Assembly (NCBI GenBank): GCA_964016885.1
Contig: OZ024754.1
Coordinates: forward strand, 3,720,001 to 3,784,000
Source of the DNA: Eledone cirrhosa
Lineage: Eukaryota
Length of the DNA stretch: 64,000 nucleotides
Direction: 5' to 3'
Shown: positions 45,026-59,200 of the stretch, piece by piece
Layout of the letters: the number at the start of each line of letters is the position of its first letter
Position numbering within the stretch: position 1 is the first letter of the stretch
Translations under genes and position numbers: made by a program
Notes under the pieces: model-generated
What the model was told of the DNA's origin: nothing
The model's input: only the letters and a program-made list of their open reading frames with translations
Databases searched by the model: none

Positions 45026-45061
45026 CTTTTGAAAAGCAGAAGAACTGCGAAACTGGTAAAG
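45026..45061 (+). ncRNA. hammerhead motif with compensated U3-A8 core
   Basis: ctt-TTGAAAA-gcag aagaa ctgc-GAAA-ctgg-TA-aag. Confidence 0.65.
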
Positions 45062-45149
45062 GAACCAAATAATTATATATATAAAAAAAAAAAGGACTCC
45101 AGTTGCATTTTCGATTTCATTTTTTTCTTTATATATATATATGTGTGTG

Positions 45150-45358
45150 TACAAAAAAGGTAAACAGAAATAACAACACAATCGGTACAGTATATGGAAA
45201 GTATATATTAGGTTAACGCTTGATATAGAAGGAAGAGGGTCTTAACGTTTCAGACGCTATTCCTTCATCAGAAGAAAGAATGAGAAATACAATGGAATTG
45301 GATTTGGAAAAAATGTCTTTAGATAAAAATAATAGGTCCATTCATGTTGATATCTCTT
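45150..45358 (-). mobile_element. PLE 3' end: ORF C-terminus, HHR and tail (family F)
   Basis: KRYQHEWTYYFYLKTFFPN resembles the R...E..WI..LKT..P.GLN end of PLE GIY-YIG domains and runs into the HHR; second copy at 61378-61588. Confidence 0.65.
45240..45275 (-). ncRNA. 36-nt minimal hammerhead ribozyme motif
   Basis: tctt-CTGATGA-aggaatagcgtct-GAAA-cg-TT-aaga. Confidence 0.7.
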
Positions 45359-45374
45359 GTGTGTGTGTGGGTGG

Positions 45375-45454
<80 letters not shown>

Positions 45455-45716
45455 ATAAATACATACATACACGTTTTGATATATACATGAATATTGAGAG
45501 ACACAAACAAAGTTTAGATTGCCATGCACCAGTGTATAATATGGTGAGCATGAATATCTTCGTCATATGTTTGTATATGAGCACTCATCTCTCAACACAT
45601 AGATACAAACACACGCAGATACACGCGTGCGCACACGCACACATACACTCGTGCATCCACACATCTCTATATTTATATATCTTATATATATATGTGTCTG
45701 TATATATATATACAAG

Positions 45717-45752
<36 letters not shown>

Positions 45753-45851
45753 CTATATATATATATATATATATATATACTATATATATATATATATTTA
45801 TATATCTCATATATATATATATTTTTTTTTATATATATATATATTCATATG

Positions 45852-45896
<45 letters not shown>

Positions 45897-47865
45897 ATAT
45901 TTGAGTGTATATATATATATTTATATATTTATAAATATTTATATATATATATCTTGCTATATTGTATACATATATGTACATACATGTATGTATCTATATG
46001 TATATAATGTATGTATATGACATAAACACACACACACACATATATATACAGATATATAATTTGTATATGTATATATGAATGTATGTATGTATAATTATGT
46101 CTGTGTGTCTGTGTGTGTATCCTCACACTCACCATGATGATCTATTGTGAAAAGAATTGAAGCTGGGGATTTTAATATATATAATATTAGATTAAGCTTT
46201 AGCAATGCTCGGCCAAGTTAATCAGGAAGATTGAAACTCATCGTCGGCAGATATAGGAAAATGAATTATAAACATTCTTCATATAAATAACCTTACTAGC
46301 TGCTCCTGCTTATATATTTGAAGTTCACACGTACTCCATTGATATTTTTTCCCTGCTTCAATATTTCTTAGAAAATAATTTGTTCCAATAAATCATTTAT
46401 TAGTTGAAAAGGAAGGAAAAAATGGAAGACATTTTAGGATTTCTTGAGAATTTTCATAAGAAAATGGATTAGAGGCAATATATTGAATAATTAATTTCCC
46501 TCATAATATTCATCATGTGTAAAAGGGAAATATTTCTTTCTTTTGACTCTACGATAGGATTTCAGTAGAATAAAATTAAAGTGACTTTTGCGGCATTCGT
46601 GACTTTTTAAAGAGCGTCGTGACATGAATTGCTCTACTTAAAATGAATACTAAGGTCATTAAAACCCATTTGATGACCCAACGTCCGAAACGACTCGTTC
46701 TTCTTTGAATGTTTATATTTTTCTAAAAAAAAATTAAATCAAATATTTATGTAAACTTTTGTTAATCTTACTCCAAACGTTTGTTATGTAATACAAGGTT
46801 TAGTCATTCTCTTAAACATGTCAAATTTCTTGATTATTTTTCAAAATGATTTCAAAAGTCTTGGGCAGTGTCTGAGAAATATGGCAACGAAATGGTTAAT
46901 AGAACGATTCATATTTGATAATTTATTGTGCAAGTCTCTTAGTTTAAGATAGGTTGGTCACACTTGTTAGGATTTGTTCATAAGTCTGTTAGATTACAGC
47001 TGACAAAAGGTTGAACAATCACAGTAATAACAACAAACAGAACATCAACTACCAAGACTTAATGCAAGCCGAGATAGTTTTCATTAGAATGTCTCTTGTG
47101 TTTTATATTAATTTTTCTCTTACATATAATGAGACATTCTGAGAATTTGAATGGACTCGAGTGTTCGTTTAATATCCACGGTTATTTGTGGTGTACTTGG
47201 AAACAAATTAGCTTTATTACGAAGAATCTGAAACCTTACTTAAGCTTAGATCTTATGATTTCATATAAAATACTCTTACTTCCTTGCTCTTTGTTTTTCT
47301 TTTCTGGATTTAGCAATCTCGTTTTCTTAGCTGAGAACGAGACGCGAGGGAGAAGAGAGCCTCTCAGTGTTGCTTCCCTTTGTTAACAGAAAAAAACAAT
47401 AGTGTTTAATGCTATATGTTACACTCCCGTCACCGAATTATCTAGAGCTGCAAAAATAGTATTACTTTGGCGGTAATTTACTTGGCCGTGTTTCTTCAGG
47501 TATTTGTTGTATCTTCTAGACTTCCAAATCGAATTAATGAACCATGCCATCTTGTTGCAGCTGCTTTTTGATGTCATTTTCTGGCTAGGACACCGGATAT
47601 TTAATTTCATTTACTGACCGCAAAAGCTTGTCTTCATAACATGAGACTGAATGCAAATTTTGCCAATAGTCATCCTAGTGGTGGAAGATGTTCCGCCATG
47701 TCTCTCTAATGGTATCAATGCCATGTCTTATAATATGAGGCTTGTCTTTCTCTAATATACAGAGTCCTCTTCATATTTATTCCATTGGTTGAGCACTCTC
47801 TCTGAATATATTACTTACTCTGACTGTTTGACCGTGTTATATTGCGTATTAATATTACCGGCTAA

Positions 47866-48185
47866 TCATCATCATCCTCATCCTCGTTTAACTTCTTTTT
47901 ATTCCAGGATGGCATGGGTTAGACGAGTTATCCTGTTGTGAGCAATGCCACGTCAGGTGACCATGTCTTGCACACACAAAACTGATTTGGGCTTGGTTTT
48001 TACAGCTGGATGCCCTTCCCTACCGGCAACCTCATTTACAGTCAGCACTAGGTGCATGTTGTCGTGGCCCCTACACGATCACTTTACAGTGAGTACTGGG
48101 TGCTTTATATAGTGGCGCCTACACGATCACTTTACAGTGAGTACTGGGTGCTTTATGTCGTGACACCCACACAACGACTTTACAT
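47866..48185 (-). mobile_element. second octopus-type SINE-like repeat with (gat)n tail and internal ~47-bp tandem duplication
   Basis: (cat)n-cgtttaac...gcatgggttagacg, ggatgcccttccct and two copies of ctacacgatcactttacagtgagtactgggtgcttta; family recognised from memory only. Confidence 0.6.
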
Positions 48186-48565
48186 ACCATTTAACAATTC
48201 TTAATACTAAAACTTGGCACTCCACCGCTTTCATGATTTTAATAGAATTTTCTGGCTGTTTCCATAATAGTTTTTTTTACACTTCTTTAATCGGTATAAT
48301 TCAGAACCATATATCAAGTCTTTTATTTACCAATATTTAAGAAGGCAAATCGTTTCACTCTACTAGAATAACTGAAATTCTGAAATGTTATTCACCTTTT
48401 ATTGGTCCAGAGGTAGAATGATATGCCAATCAAATCATTCATAAATATTTATCCAAAAGAATTTGAAAACAAATCTGTTGTAAATTCACCCTCTTCCCCA
48501 ACAAAAATCTATATCTTATGTTTGATTACAGACCTCCATATATATATATATATATATATATATAA

Positions 48566-48834
<269 letters not shown>

Positions 48835-49866
48835 TATATATAAACCTGTCGAAAGTGGAGAATAGTAAGGGATTCGGTGTCCGAATGACACTCAGCGCTA
48901 AAGTCTATATGATTGCCCATGTGTTTACACGTTGCTGACGTGATATATGGCGTGTTCTTCTTCACCCCAGCTATGTACAAACATAATTTCGTCCAGAGAA
49001 ACTGGAAGAGAAAAGGAGAAAGAAGGTTAGAGAAAGAATCTGTCACCATAAATGACCGGTATCTTATATATTGAGTTCGAAAAATTAAGGATAATGTTGA
49101 CCTTTTAAGTATTTGAACTCAGAATACTGAGAACTGGGACAAATACTGCAAAGTATTTCAAATGCTGCTCGATCGTAGCAGACAATTCACCTGGTATCTC
49201 TTAAAATAAAGCAGAGTTTATAACTAAAGATGATTTTAGTGTCAGAGATTTGTCTAAATCACGAATGTGAACGGACATTTTTGTTCGTCGTATAAATCGA
49301 AAGGTCTCAAGTAAACACATGTCTCCCATATAAGACTTCCACTTTGACTGCGTCTTGTCATAAATTCAAAAAAACAAAAATAACAAAAACAACAACAGAT
49401 AAAATACCATCAAAATGGTGAAACTGAGATTGGCATGACGATGGCAATGATATCGGTTTAGTAAACATCAACGTCTATCCATCAAATTTGAAGGAGAACT
49501 AAACAGCAACGAAATGAGATTTGGTTTGGTTTCCTAAACTCAAATATATCCTATACAAATAGAGTTAGATGTTTCTTTTGTATGACTTCAATATAATTAT
49601 GTTCCATATGAAAGTAACATGAAAACGGATAAATAATAATACATTATTTTTATGTATTTTTAGCTTCAAAATAGACAATTTTTATATGTATACTTTTATG
49701 CATGTTCTGTGGGAAATCTGTTTCCATTATTCTGAAGTGTTACTACAGAACTGGCACCATACCAGATATTCGAAGAACTCTTTTTATTTTTTCTATTACA
49801 ATTTCTATTTTTGTTTAGTTTTTGTTGTTTCAATATTTTATTTTATTTTATTATTATTTATTCTAC

Positions 49867-50094
49867 CTTTTCTTTTCTGCAGCAGTCACTTTCATCCTGG
49901 CTTCAATGATTTCTGAAACATCAGTAGAAACGATTTTTGTGTAGGTGACTCTGATTGTCCGCTCACAGCAGGCTGCAAATGCATACTTTACAGAGATGTG
50001 TAATAGCAAGCCTATCGGCTTGTACTGTGTATGCCGGAAGCAAACTACACTCGAGAGACTCACTTCCGGTTTGTGGAACGAGGCCATTTTAAAA
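49867..50094 (-). other. candidate host exon or promoter-like unique segment
   Basis: Minus-strand acceptor-like ttttttttttgtcag, then aaaATGG, an open frame MASFHKPEV...AAEKK and a possible AG/gtagaa donor; also two CCGGAAG motifs; no recognisable homology. Confidence 0.25.
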
Positions 50095-50636
50095 CTGACA
50101 AAAAAAAAATATATAAAATAGAAAACAGCCCAAAAAGCAGCACTGATACTAATTACTCGGTATTGATTATTTCAAAATTTAGTTTCTACCATTTTTTCTT
50201 TCGTTTTCAATCCATATTGTGCCTTACAGAAAAAAAAAAATTAAATTTATTCTTGAGATTAATTTTATTATTTTATTCTTTGCTCTTCCGCTTTCGGATT
50301 TCGTTTTCTTTTTCATTCTACTTGTGTGACTAAAATGAAGAATTTTCTTGAAGGATAAAAAACAGGTTTAATCTTTGCATATTTTCATCAAGAGAAAAAT
50401 ATTTCTTTACATTACAAGAAATAATTGATATACCGTATGTTTGTATTAATATTATTATTATTATTGTTATTAATATTATTAGTCGCTTATTTTCCTCTCA
50501 TCACTGTTTGTTTTTGATGTTCCTTATTTAAGTTTATTTCATCTACTTCTACAAACATTTAGTGTTGAAAATTGTTTAAATAAAAATTGTGAATATATAA
50601 TAAGAGATACATATAAGTATTCACAAACACACAACA

Positions 50637-50693
<57 letters not shown>

Positions 50694-50894
50694 CTTGTGT
50701 GCATTTAGTTATATATGGTCCCTTATCGCCAGATAGAGTGGTACGGACACCTTGTTAACATAGGGCGTTTCTTGGGCATTTTAAGAATTGCAGAGCCCAT
50801 CCTGCTCTAGGCCTGTCTACAGCAGATTTCTTGTTGAGAAAGATAGCAAGTAAGAGAGAGAGAGGAAATGGGAAAGAGATATAGAAGAAGAATC

Positions 50895-51025
50895 GACCCC
50901 AGTACCAGACTGGTACTTTTTTTATCGACCTCAAAACGATGAAAAGCAAAGTTAACCTGACAGAAGTGAAACGAATCGAATACCAAAAAGCATATCCGAC
51001 GTTCTAACAACTCTACAAATTCGCC
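50895..51025 (-). mobile_element. decayed Deu/Nin-like SINE
   Basis: tcgaccccagtaccagactggtacttt...tatcgacc...gatgaaaagcaaagttaacc. Confidence 0.65.
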
Positions 51026-51101
51026 TATATATATATATGTCCCAAGGCTCTGATACCATCAACACCATAAACACAGAGCTGGCATGTCTAAGAACCGACT
51101 A

Positions 51102-51157
51102 ACTGCCTGATGAGGTCATAGCCATTCAATGGCTATCATCGAAATATATATAGCAGT
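51102..51157 (+). ncRNA. minimal type I hammerhead ribozyme motif (family G)
   Basis: actgc-CTGATGA-ggtcatagcca ttcaa tggctatcatc-GAAA-tatata-TA-gcagt. Confidence 0.85.
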
Positions 51158-51199
51158 AAATAAAGGATTATGAGTTCATGCAAATTGACTTATGTTTCG

Positions 51200-51273
<74 letters not shown>

Positions 51274-51369
51274 AGGGAGAGAATGAGCTTGTGTACAACT
51301 CGCTGTGAAACGTCGTTTCGTTTGTTTATTTTCATCTCACTTCATTTCGTCATAGAGTTTATTTCTGTT

Positions 51370-51408
<39 letters not shown>

Positions 51409-51614
51409 GTGTATATATAAGAAGGTATGCATATTTGTGAGTTTCTATCTATATGTAAACCACAATATTATTTTCTGAATTCCCTGAGTGGGGAGAGGGT
51501 GTTACATACGCATGCATATTTCATAAAGTCATGAACTATATACGGAAGTAAAAAGCTTTTAAATCAAATATGAAAGAAGGAAATATTTTGGTTTTTACTT
51601 ATACATATATATAG

Positions 51615-51706
51615 ATAGATACACACATACGTACATACACACATACAATCACACATACCTGCATATATCTATCTATATATATATATGTACATATATATAT
51701 ATATGC

Positions 51707-51747
<41 letters not shown>

Positions 51748-51793
51748 AAACTGGCACTAATTTAGAGAAGAGGGCCATCTTTTCATTATATAT

Positions 51794-51842
<49 letters not shown>

Positions 51843-52058
51843 CGAGAGAGATGAAGAGAGAGTAGATACATACATACGTACATACACACATACAATCACA
51901 CATACCTGCATATATCTATATCTATATATATATGTACATATATATATATATATATATATATGCATATATATATATACATATATATATATATATGAAACTG
52001 GCACTAATTTACAGAAGAGGGCCATCTTTTCAATATATTTATATATATATATAAATAT

Positions 52059-52100
<42 letters not shown>
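51615..52100. repeat. tandem duplication of an about 250-bp microsatellite-rich unit
   Basis: Two copies of catacgtacatacacacatacaatcacacatacctgc...aaactggcactaattta.agaagagggccatc. Confidence 0.85.
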
Positions 52101-52911
52101 TGGAGAGAGAGAGGGGGGGGGGGGAATAACAAACATACAGGCGCTAGTCAGTTCTGCATCAAGCTGCACATGAGGATAGCATGTGCAGCTACTACCGACT
52201 TCTAATATCCTATTATACATACATGCATATGTTGAAGCTTCCAGTAAAACATACGTATATGTAGATTATATAAATATAAACAAGCACGTATGAAGACAGT
52301 CATGCACACACGCTCACTCACACACACATATATATATATATATGTGTGTATGTGTGTGTGTGTGTGTGTGAGTATGTTTGAAAATGTGTGCGGGAGGGGG
52401 GGGGGGTATAAAAGAGGGTATATTTGTATCCGTGTGCAAGCGCGTGTAGTTTCAATATATATGAATTTATAATGTATATATTATTCAAAATACATATTTA
52501 ATAATAGAAATATGAATAGATTTTTGCATATTATATACATAGGTAACTGATGTCGCTAGTGTATCAGAATGAGACACAAAGAAGCAAAGCGCTTATTTTA
52601 TTTATATATTTTTTAGCAATAATAAATGGGAATTAGGCTGTGATATTATGCCATGTTTTGAAAAAAAATAATAATAATATCATTTGAACAATATGACGCA
52701 CAATTTTGCAGTATTTAAGAGAACTCTTTCTTTTTTATATACAATAACTTACGAATGCATGTGTGTATGTATGTATGTATGTATGTATGTATGTATGTAT
52801 GTATGTATGTATGTATGTATGTATGTATGTGTGTGTGTATGTATGTATGTATGTGTGTATGTGTGTACGTTTGTGTGTATGTATGTATGAACACACACAT
52901 ACATAAACACA

Positions 52912-52947
<36 letters not shown>

Positions 52948-53149
52948 ATTATACCTATAAGTATTTGTATACGAATATAAATACATACATATACATATAC
53001 ACACAGACATATGTATGTATATATACATACTTATAAACACACACACACACACACGCACACACACACAGACACACACACACACATATGTATATATATATAC
53101 AAACATATACATATATAAATACACATATAATCACACACTATATATATGA

Positions 53150-53437
53150 AAAGATTCAGGATCCCGACAGCTGAGCTCCGATGTTCCGACAGCTGGATCT
53201 GGACTTTGGTGGGTTTTGGTCAACCTGGTATTTTACCACACCCTTTCTTTTCTGATATATATATATATATATATATTTATTTATTGAAATAACACATTAA
53301 AGTTTAAGCAATGTATCGTTACTTTCACCCTTGACTGGATCTTCTGAAATTTATTTTAATAAATATTTGCTCTACGGTTCTTATATATTTGATTTATATT
53401 TATCCATATCTAGCCCTCTTTGGATTTTAGTCTTCAA

Positions 53438-53445
<8 letters not shown>
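53150..53445. mobile_element. adjacent PLE-like remnants: family C (53150-53250) and family E (53280-53445)
   Basis: Family E minus strand reads ttt-CAGAAGA-tccagtcaagggt-GAAA-gtaacgatacattgc-TT-aaa (53303-53349). Confidence 0.65.
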
Positions 53446-53476
<31 letters not shown>

Positions 53477-53528
53477 AAGTACCAGTAATGAACTGGTGAT
53501 TGCTGGCCTTGTGCCTAAAGTAGAAACA

Positions 53529-53594
<66 letters not shown>

Positions 53595-53840
53595 TATGTA
53601 TATTAAAATAACAGATTAAAGTTTAAGGAAATAATCGCTGTGTATCTATCAGCATGTGACCTGCGTTTCGTGATCGATCCGCTCAAGGTACGATCGATAG
53701 TGATCAAGCTCTACTCATATATATATATGAATAAAATTAGTCGTTCACCATTGATCTTCCAACCCTCATTGGTATTTCTTCGCATTAAAGATCACGTAAA
53801 CAAACAGAGATGGTAATGCAACGGAAAGAGGGGAATATAC

Positions 53841-54143
53841 ATATGAAAATATTCCGGCTTTTTCGACAGCTATTCGGATCTAGCTGTTGAAACAGCCGGA
53901 GCTCTGCCGTCGGGTCCTGAGTATTTTTCATGTTACCCACTCTACTACCCCAAGTATCGTTCTGGTCCACCTGGTATCTTACCACACCATATATATATAT
54001 ATATATATATATATGGACGAGCATGATACTTGGGGTAGTAGAGTGGGTAACATGAAAAATACTCAGGACCCCGACGGCTGAGCTCCGGCTGTTTCGACAG
54101 CTCGCTCCGAATAGCTGTCGAAAAAGCCGGAATATTTTCATAT
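53841..54143. mobile_element. family C nested inverted repeat with (TA)n spacer
   Basis: About 53841-53968 versus 54014-54143; each arm starts with its own ccggc..cgacagct/agctgt.gaaacagccgg hairpin. Confidence 0.75.
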
Positions 54144-54144
54144 G

Positions 54145-54177
<33 letters not shown>

Positions 54178-54179
54178 AT

Positions 54180-54239
<60 letters not shown>

Positions 54240-54774
54240 GTGACCTGTATAACCACTGTGACAGGCGTTTCGCCGTCTAGGCACTGGATGCTCTTACATT
54301 AGTCCGTTTCGTGTTGGGTTGTATTACAGAGTTCAGATTGGCGCTAATGTGCAAAGTGTAAATAACAGCAAGCAGCATCGAAGCCAATTTTGCAGCATAT
54401 ATATAAACTGTATTGGCATATTACAATCGTTTCAAAACGATCAGCTCCGGATACAGCAACAAAGACCGGAGCACGATTCTACTTCGACATCGGCTATGTG
54501 GGTTTATATATGCAAAGATATTTAAACTGTTTGTCTTTAGACATATACATTCGTATATTTGATGAGAACTATTCAGACCAGAACAACTATGACACCAATG
54601 AAACACAAATAAATAACAACAGTGGTCCCTAGATAGGTAACTGCACATAGATAGACAGATAGACATATAGATAGACAGATAGACAGGCGAGCAGACGATC
54701 GGACAGATGGATGAACGGACAGGCAGACAGACAAAAAGACGACAGACAGAGAGACAGACACAAAGATAGATAGA

Positions 54775-55132
<358 letters not shown>

Positions 55133-55411
55133 TAAACGGTAAATATACAGAGAGTAGTCTCCATAATTTAGACAACGTTAAATAAAAATATTGAGAAAAT
55201 AAAAATATTTAATTTAAATGAATGTAAAAAGAAAAATGGCGCTGACTGTAGTGACACGGCCGCATAGGTCAAGGAAAATAAATAAATTATCTATTAAATT
55301 AAATACTATAGACCTTGTCGTTTTTGCGGATAGTATGCTAGTATACACGAACCCATACACACACATACACACTTATACACTGAAACACATATATAAACAT
55401 ACATATATACG

Positions 55412-55484
<73 letters not shown>

Positions 55485-55681
55485 ATATTTTATTTGAGTG
55501 ACCCGAATCTTCCTGGTCGGTCTTTTTCGGCTGCATGGTTGATGTTAGGCATAGTCTTTGTGTGTTGGTATTTTAACGATAGTTATAGCTCTGATTTATC
55601 TGAATTATTGAGCCCTCTGCCACTCATGTCGGATTTGTTTATCGTTAATTCGTGAGCTGATTTTCCGATACTCGATTATTC

Positions 55682-55730
<49 letters not shown>

Positions 55731-55733
<3 letters not shown>

Positions 55734-55843
55734 GTTTCTTCTATTGGCACAAGGCCAGCAATTACACAGTGCATTACTGGTACTTTATTTTATCGACCCC
55801 ATAAGGATGAAAGGCAAAGTTAACCTCGGCGGGATTTGAACTC
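55731..55843 (-). mobile_element. 5'-truncated Deu/Nin-like SINE fused to a 36-bp inverted repeat (55844-55879 / 55900-55935)
   Basis: SINE ends at the B box, directly abutting aaatggcttctacaggactag.../...ctagtcctgtagaagccattt. Confidence 0.8.
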
Positions 55844-56009
55844 AAATGGCTTCTACAGGACTAGCACTGTTTCATTCGAATGAAATCATCTGATTACCAT
55901 CGAATGAAACAATTCTAGTCCTGTAGAAGCCATTTCTATATAAAATATTTATACTCTGCTATGTATTGAGTACCTTACTTACTGTGGTTATCCCGATTGA
56001 ACCAGGGAT

Positions 56010-56109
<100 letters not shown>

Positions 56110-56823
56110 GTGTGTATGTATGTATGTATATACATATATATGGATACACACAGACACACACAGACACACACACGCACACATGTATATATATGTATGTATG
56201 TATGTATGCATATACATATATATATATACACACAGACACACACAGACACACACACGCACACATGTATATATATGTATGTATGTATGAATGTATGAATGTA
56301 TGTGTATATATTCTTACTTCAATGAATGCTATGACGTTTAACCCATATCCAATTGTGAGATCTTTACAAATATAAACGTAGATTTTATGAGAAAAACATC
56401 CGTAAATGGTACTTAACTAATCACAAAACTATGCTGGAGAATATATATTTAAAGTTTATGAAAGTCCTACGTAATTGAATATAATTCAAAGACACAATGA
56501 GAACTTTATGATTATAATAGCATAAAGCATGGGGCAATGAGTCAATACAACCTGGCATTCATTAAATAATTTATCTGATTTATTTTTGAAGGAACGTCAT
56601 ATATATATATAGTTTATCTATGCATATCTTTAGGCCTTTATTCCTCACCACATCCATATCTATATGTATATGCGTGGCAGCTTATGTATATATATATATA
56701 TATATAGATATATATATATAAATATATATATATATAAATATATATATATGTATCTGCCTCTGTGTGTCACTACACATACCTGTATATACATAAATGTATG
56801 TATACACATATATATATATACAT

Positions 56824-56860
<37 letters not shown>

Positions 56861-56959
56861 TGTATGTATGTATGTATGTATGTATGTATGTATATATGCA
56901 TATATAAGTGTATACATACATTTATGTATATACAGGTATGTGTAGGGACACACAGAGAC

Positions 56960-57031
<72 letters not shown>

Positions 57032-57447
57032 GTGAAAATATTTATACATGCGTGTGTGTGTGTGTGTGTGTGCCTGCGTGTGTGTGTGTGGTTGCGTGTG
57101 AGTATGATTATTTGTATGTGTTTGAATAGCTTCGAACTAATAACTTGAAATGATATCTAATTTGAATCAAATGACATTTTCTTAAATGAATCGTCATACA
57201 ATATTTAAAATATCTATAGAAATAATCTTGCATACCGCCTACTTCTCAACTTAATAGAACAGCATATTACACACACACATACACACATATATACATATAT
57301 ATATATATATATATATGTAATATGTATGTGTACATATATTGAATTAATTAACCATGCATGTCACTGTTTGTATAGCATTAGAAATATATGGATATGTATG
57401 GAAATATGCACACAATCCAGACAAAATAAAACTGAAAAACTAAAACA

Positions 57448-57517
<70 letters not shown>

Positions 57518-58084
57518 AGATGGGTGTGTGTGTTTCTATACACACATACATACCTACAAATGTATAGATATACATACATGCAGAGAACAATTGAAGAATT
57601 GGCAAGTTTTAAGAACAGTAGATATTATTAACAAAAAGGCTTTAGAATTGTTACATCTATTTCTTCATATCTCCAAAATGATTCTTAACAAAATAACAAC
57701 ATATTCAAAGTGTCTCGTTTTTATGGTGTGTACGTGTTTGTGTGTCTATTAGTGGGTATGATTCTGTGTGTGTGTGTATGCCTGGGTAGGCACGTGTGTG
57801 TATGAATGTGTTTGGGATTGCATGTATTTTCTTTTTGTTTTCATCAAACTCTGGAATATTTTCTAAGAAACAAGGAAAGAACAAGAAAGATGGTAACCTT
57901 TAAAGACAGGCAGGACGTCACAAAGATGAGGGTTACGTCTAAACGTCAGTCTTTGAAACAGTTGATCACTGGAGACATCCACTCTTACGGAAATACGTTT
58001 TAAACAATATGTATTAACTCAAAATTGAATGCATGTAATGAATTTAAATAAATTCTTAAAGACATATGTACATGTACATATATA

Positions 58085-58186
<102 letters not shown>

Positions 58187-58941
58187 CATGTATACTTATC
58201 TATACATGTGTGTCTTTACATATATGTATATGTATGTCTTTATATATATGTATATGTATGTCTTTATATGTATGTTGTTATTTATATATATAATGAATTA
58301 GTTATATGGTTTCATGAATAAGTCTTGCAGAATTCATTTATTCACATTAAGATTTTGTAACAATTACCTGGTATGTGGCAGATTTTCATGAAACTAAGTT
58401 TAAGTGCAGGTAACGGACACTACTCCCCTCCCCCCACACACATGCACACGCACACACACACACACACATATATATATGTGTGTGCATTGAAACTATGCAT
58501 TGAAAGCTATCGGTTTAGGGGATACGATGATCGGCTCATGGTCGGCAAGTCGTGAATTCGATTCTCTACAGTGCCTTGTTTTCTTGAGCAAGAAATTTAT
58601 TTAACGTTGCACCATCCCCGACCAAATTTCGGATGGCATCATGGCTTCCTGGAAAGCGTTCAACAATGCAACCTAAGAATTCGTAGAAGTCTTAAGTTCT
58701 ACAAAGCAACTGACACATTGTCAAACTAAACCATCGTCTATGGGGTGCCAGTTGTATATCGCCGAAACTAAAAGTTACAGTTTACCCTGCAGTAGGACTG
58801 CCAACACTTTTATATGGCACGGAGTCGTAGACACTTTTTTTCACCCACATATATAAGCTTGATATCTTCCACAACCATTGCCGTCCCTCTATTTGTGGTT
58901 ATACACTTTCTGGCAGAGTCTCCAATGCAGATAATTTCAGT

Positions 58942-59200
58942 TTGTGCAATATTGGTGGGATTGAATCATTTTTCATGCAATCCCAAGTTAGAGGGACTGA
59001 TCATACCCTACAGATGACTGAGGAGCGCACACCCAAGGTACCCTTATACCATCAATTAGATAGCGGTGCTCGTAATATAAGAACACCATTACTCAGATAT
59101 AAAGACAAACAGACTCACGAACTTAACTCAGTTATCCTACGTCTTATTTCTTTTGAAGCTCAGCCTAATGACCGTGATAAAAGGAGAGGTTTGTGTTACG
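58942..59200 (+). mobile_element. decayed RTE-clade LINE C-terminal relic (third family)
   Basis: IESFFMQSQVRGTDHTLQMTEERTPKVPLYHQLDSGARNIRTPLLRYKDK...DRDKRRGLC follows the RTE QLRW.GHV.RM...R.PK..LY..L..G.R..G.P..RYKD pattern. Confidence 0.75.

Larger units (their letters stand above)
44848..45120. repeat. about 130-bp inverted repeat carrying U3-A8 hammerheads
   Basis: atgaaatcgaaaatgcaactggagt...ttctcacat / atgtgagaa...actccagttgcattttcgatttcat. Confidence 0.9.

Noticed and set aside
47419-47800. Possible Tc1/mariner transposase relic
   Set aside because: Only vague motif resemblance and no terminal inverted repeats found
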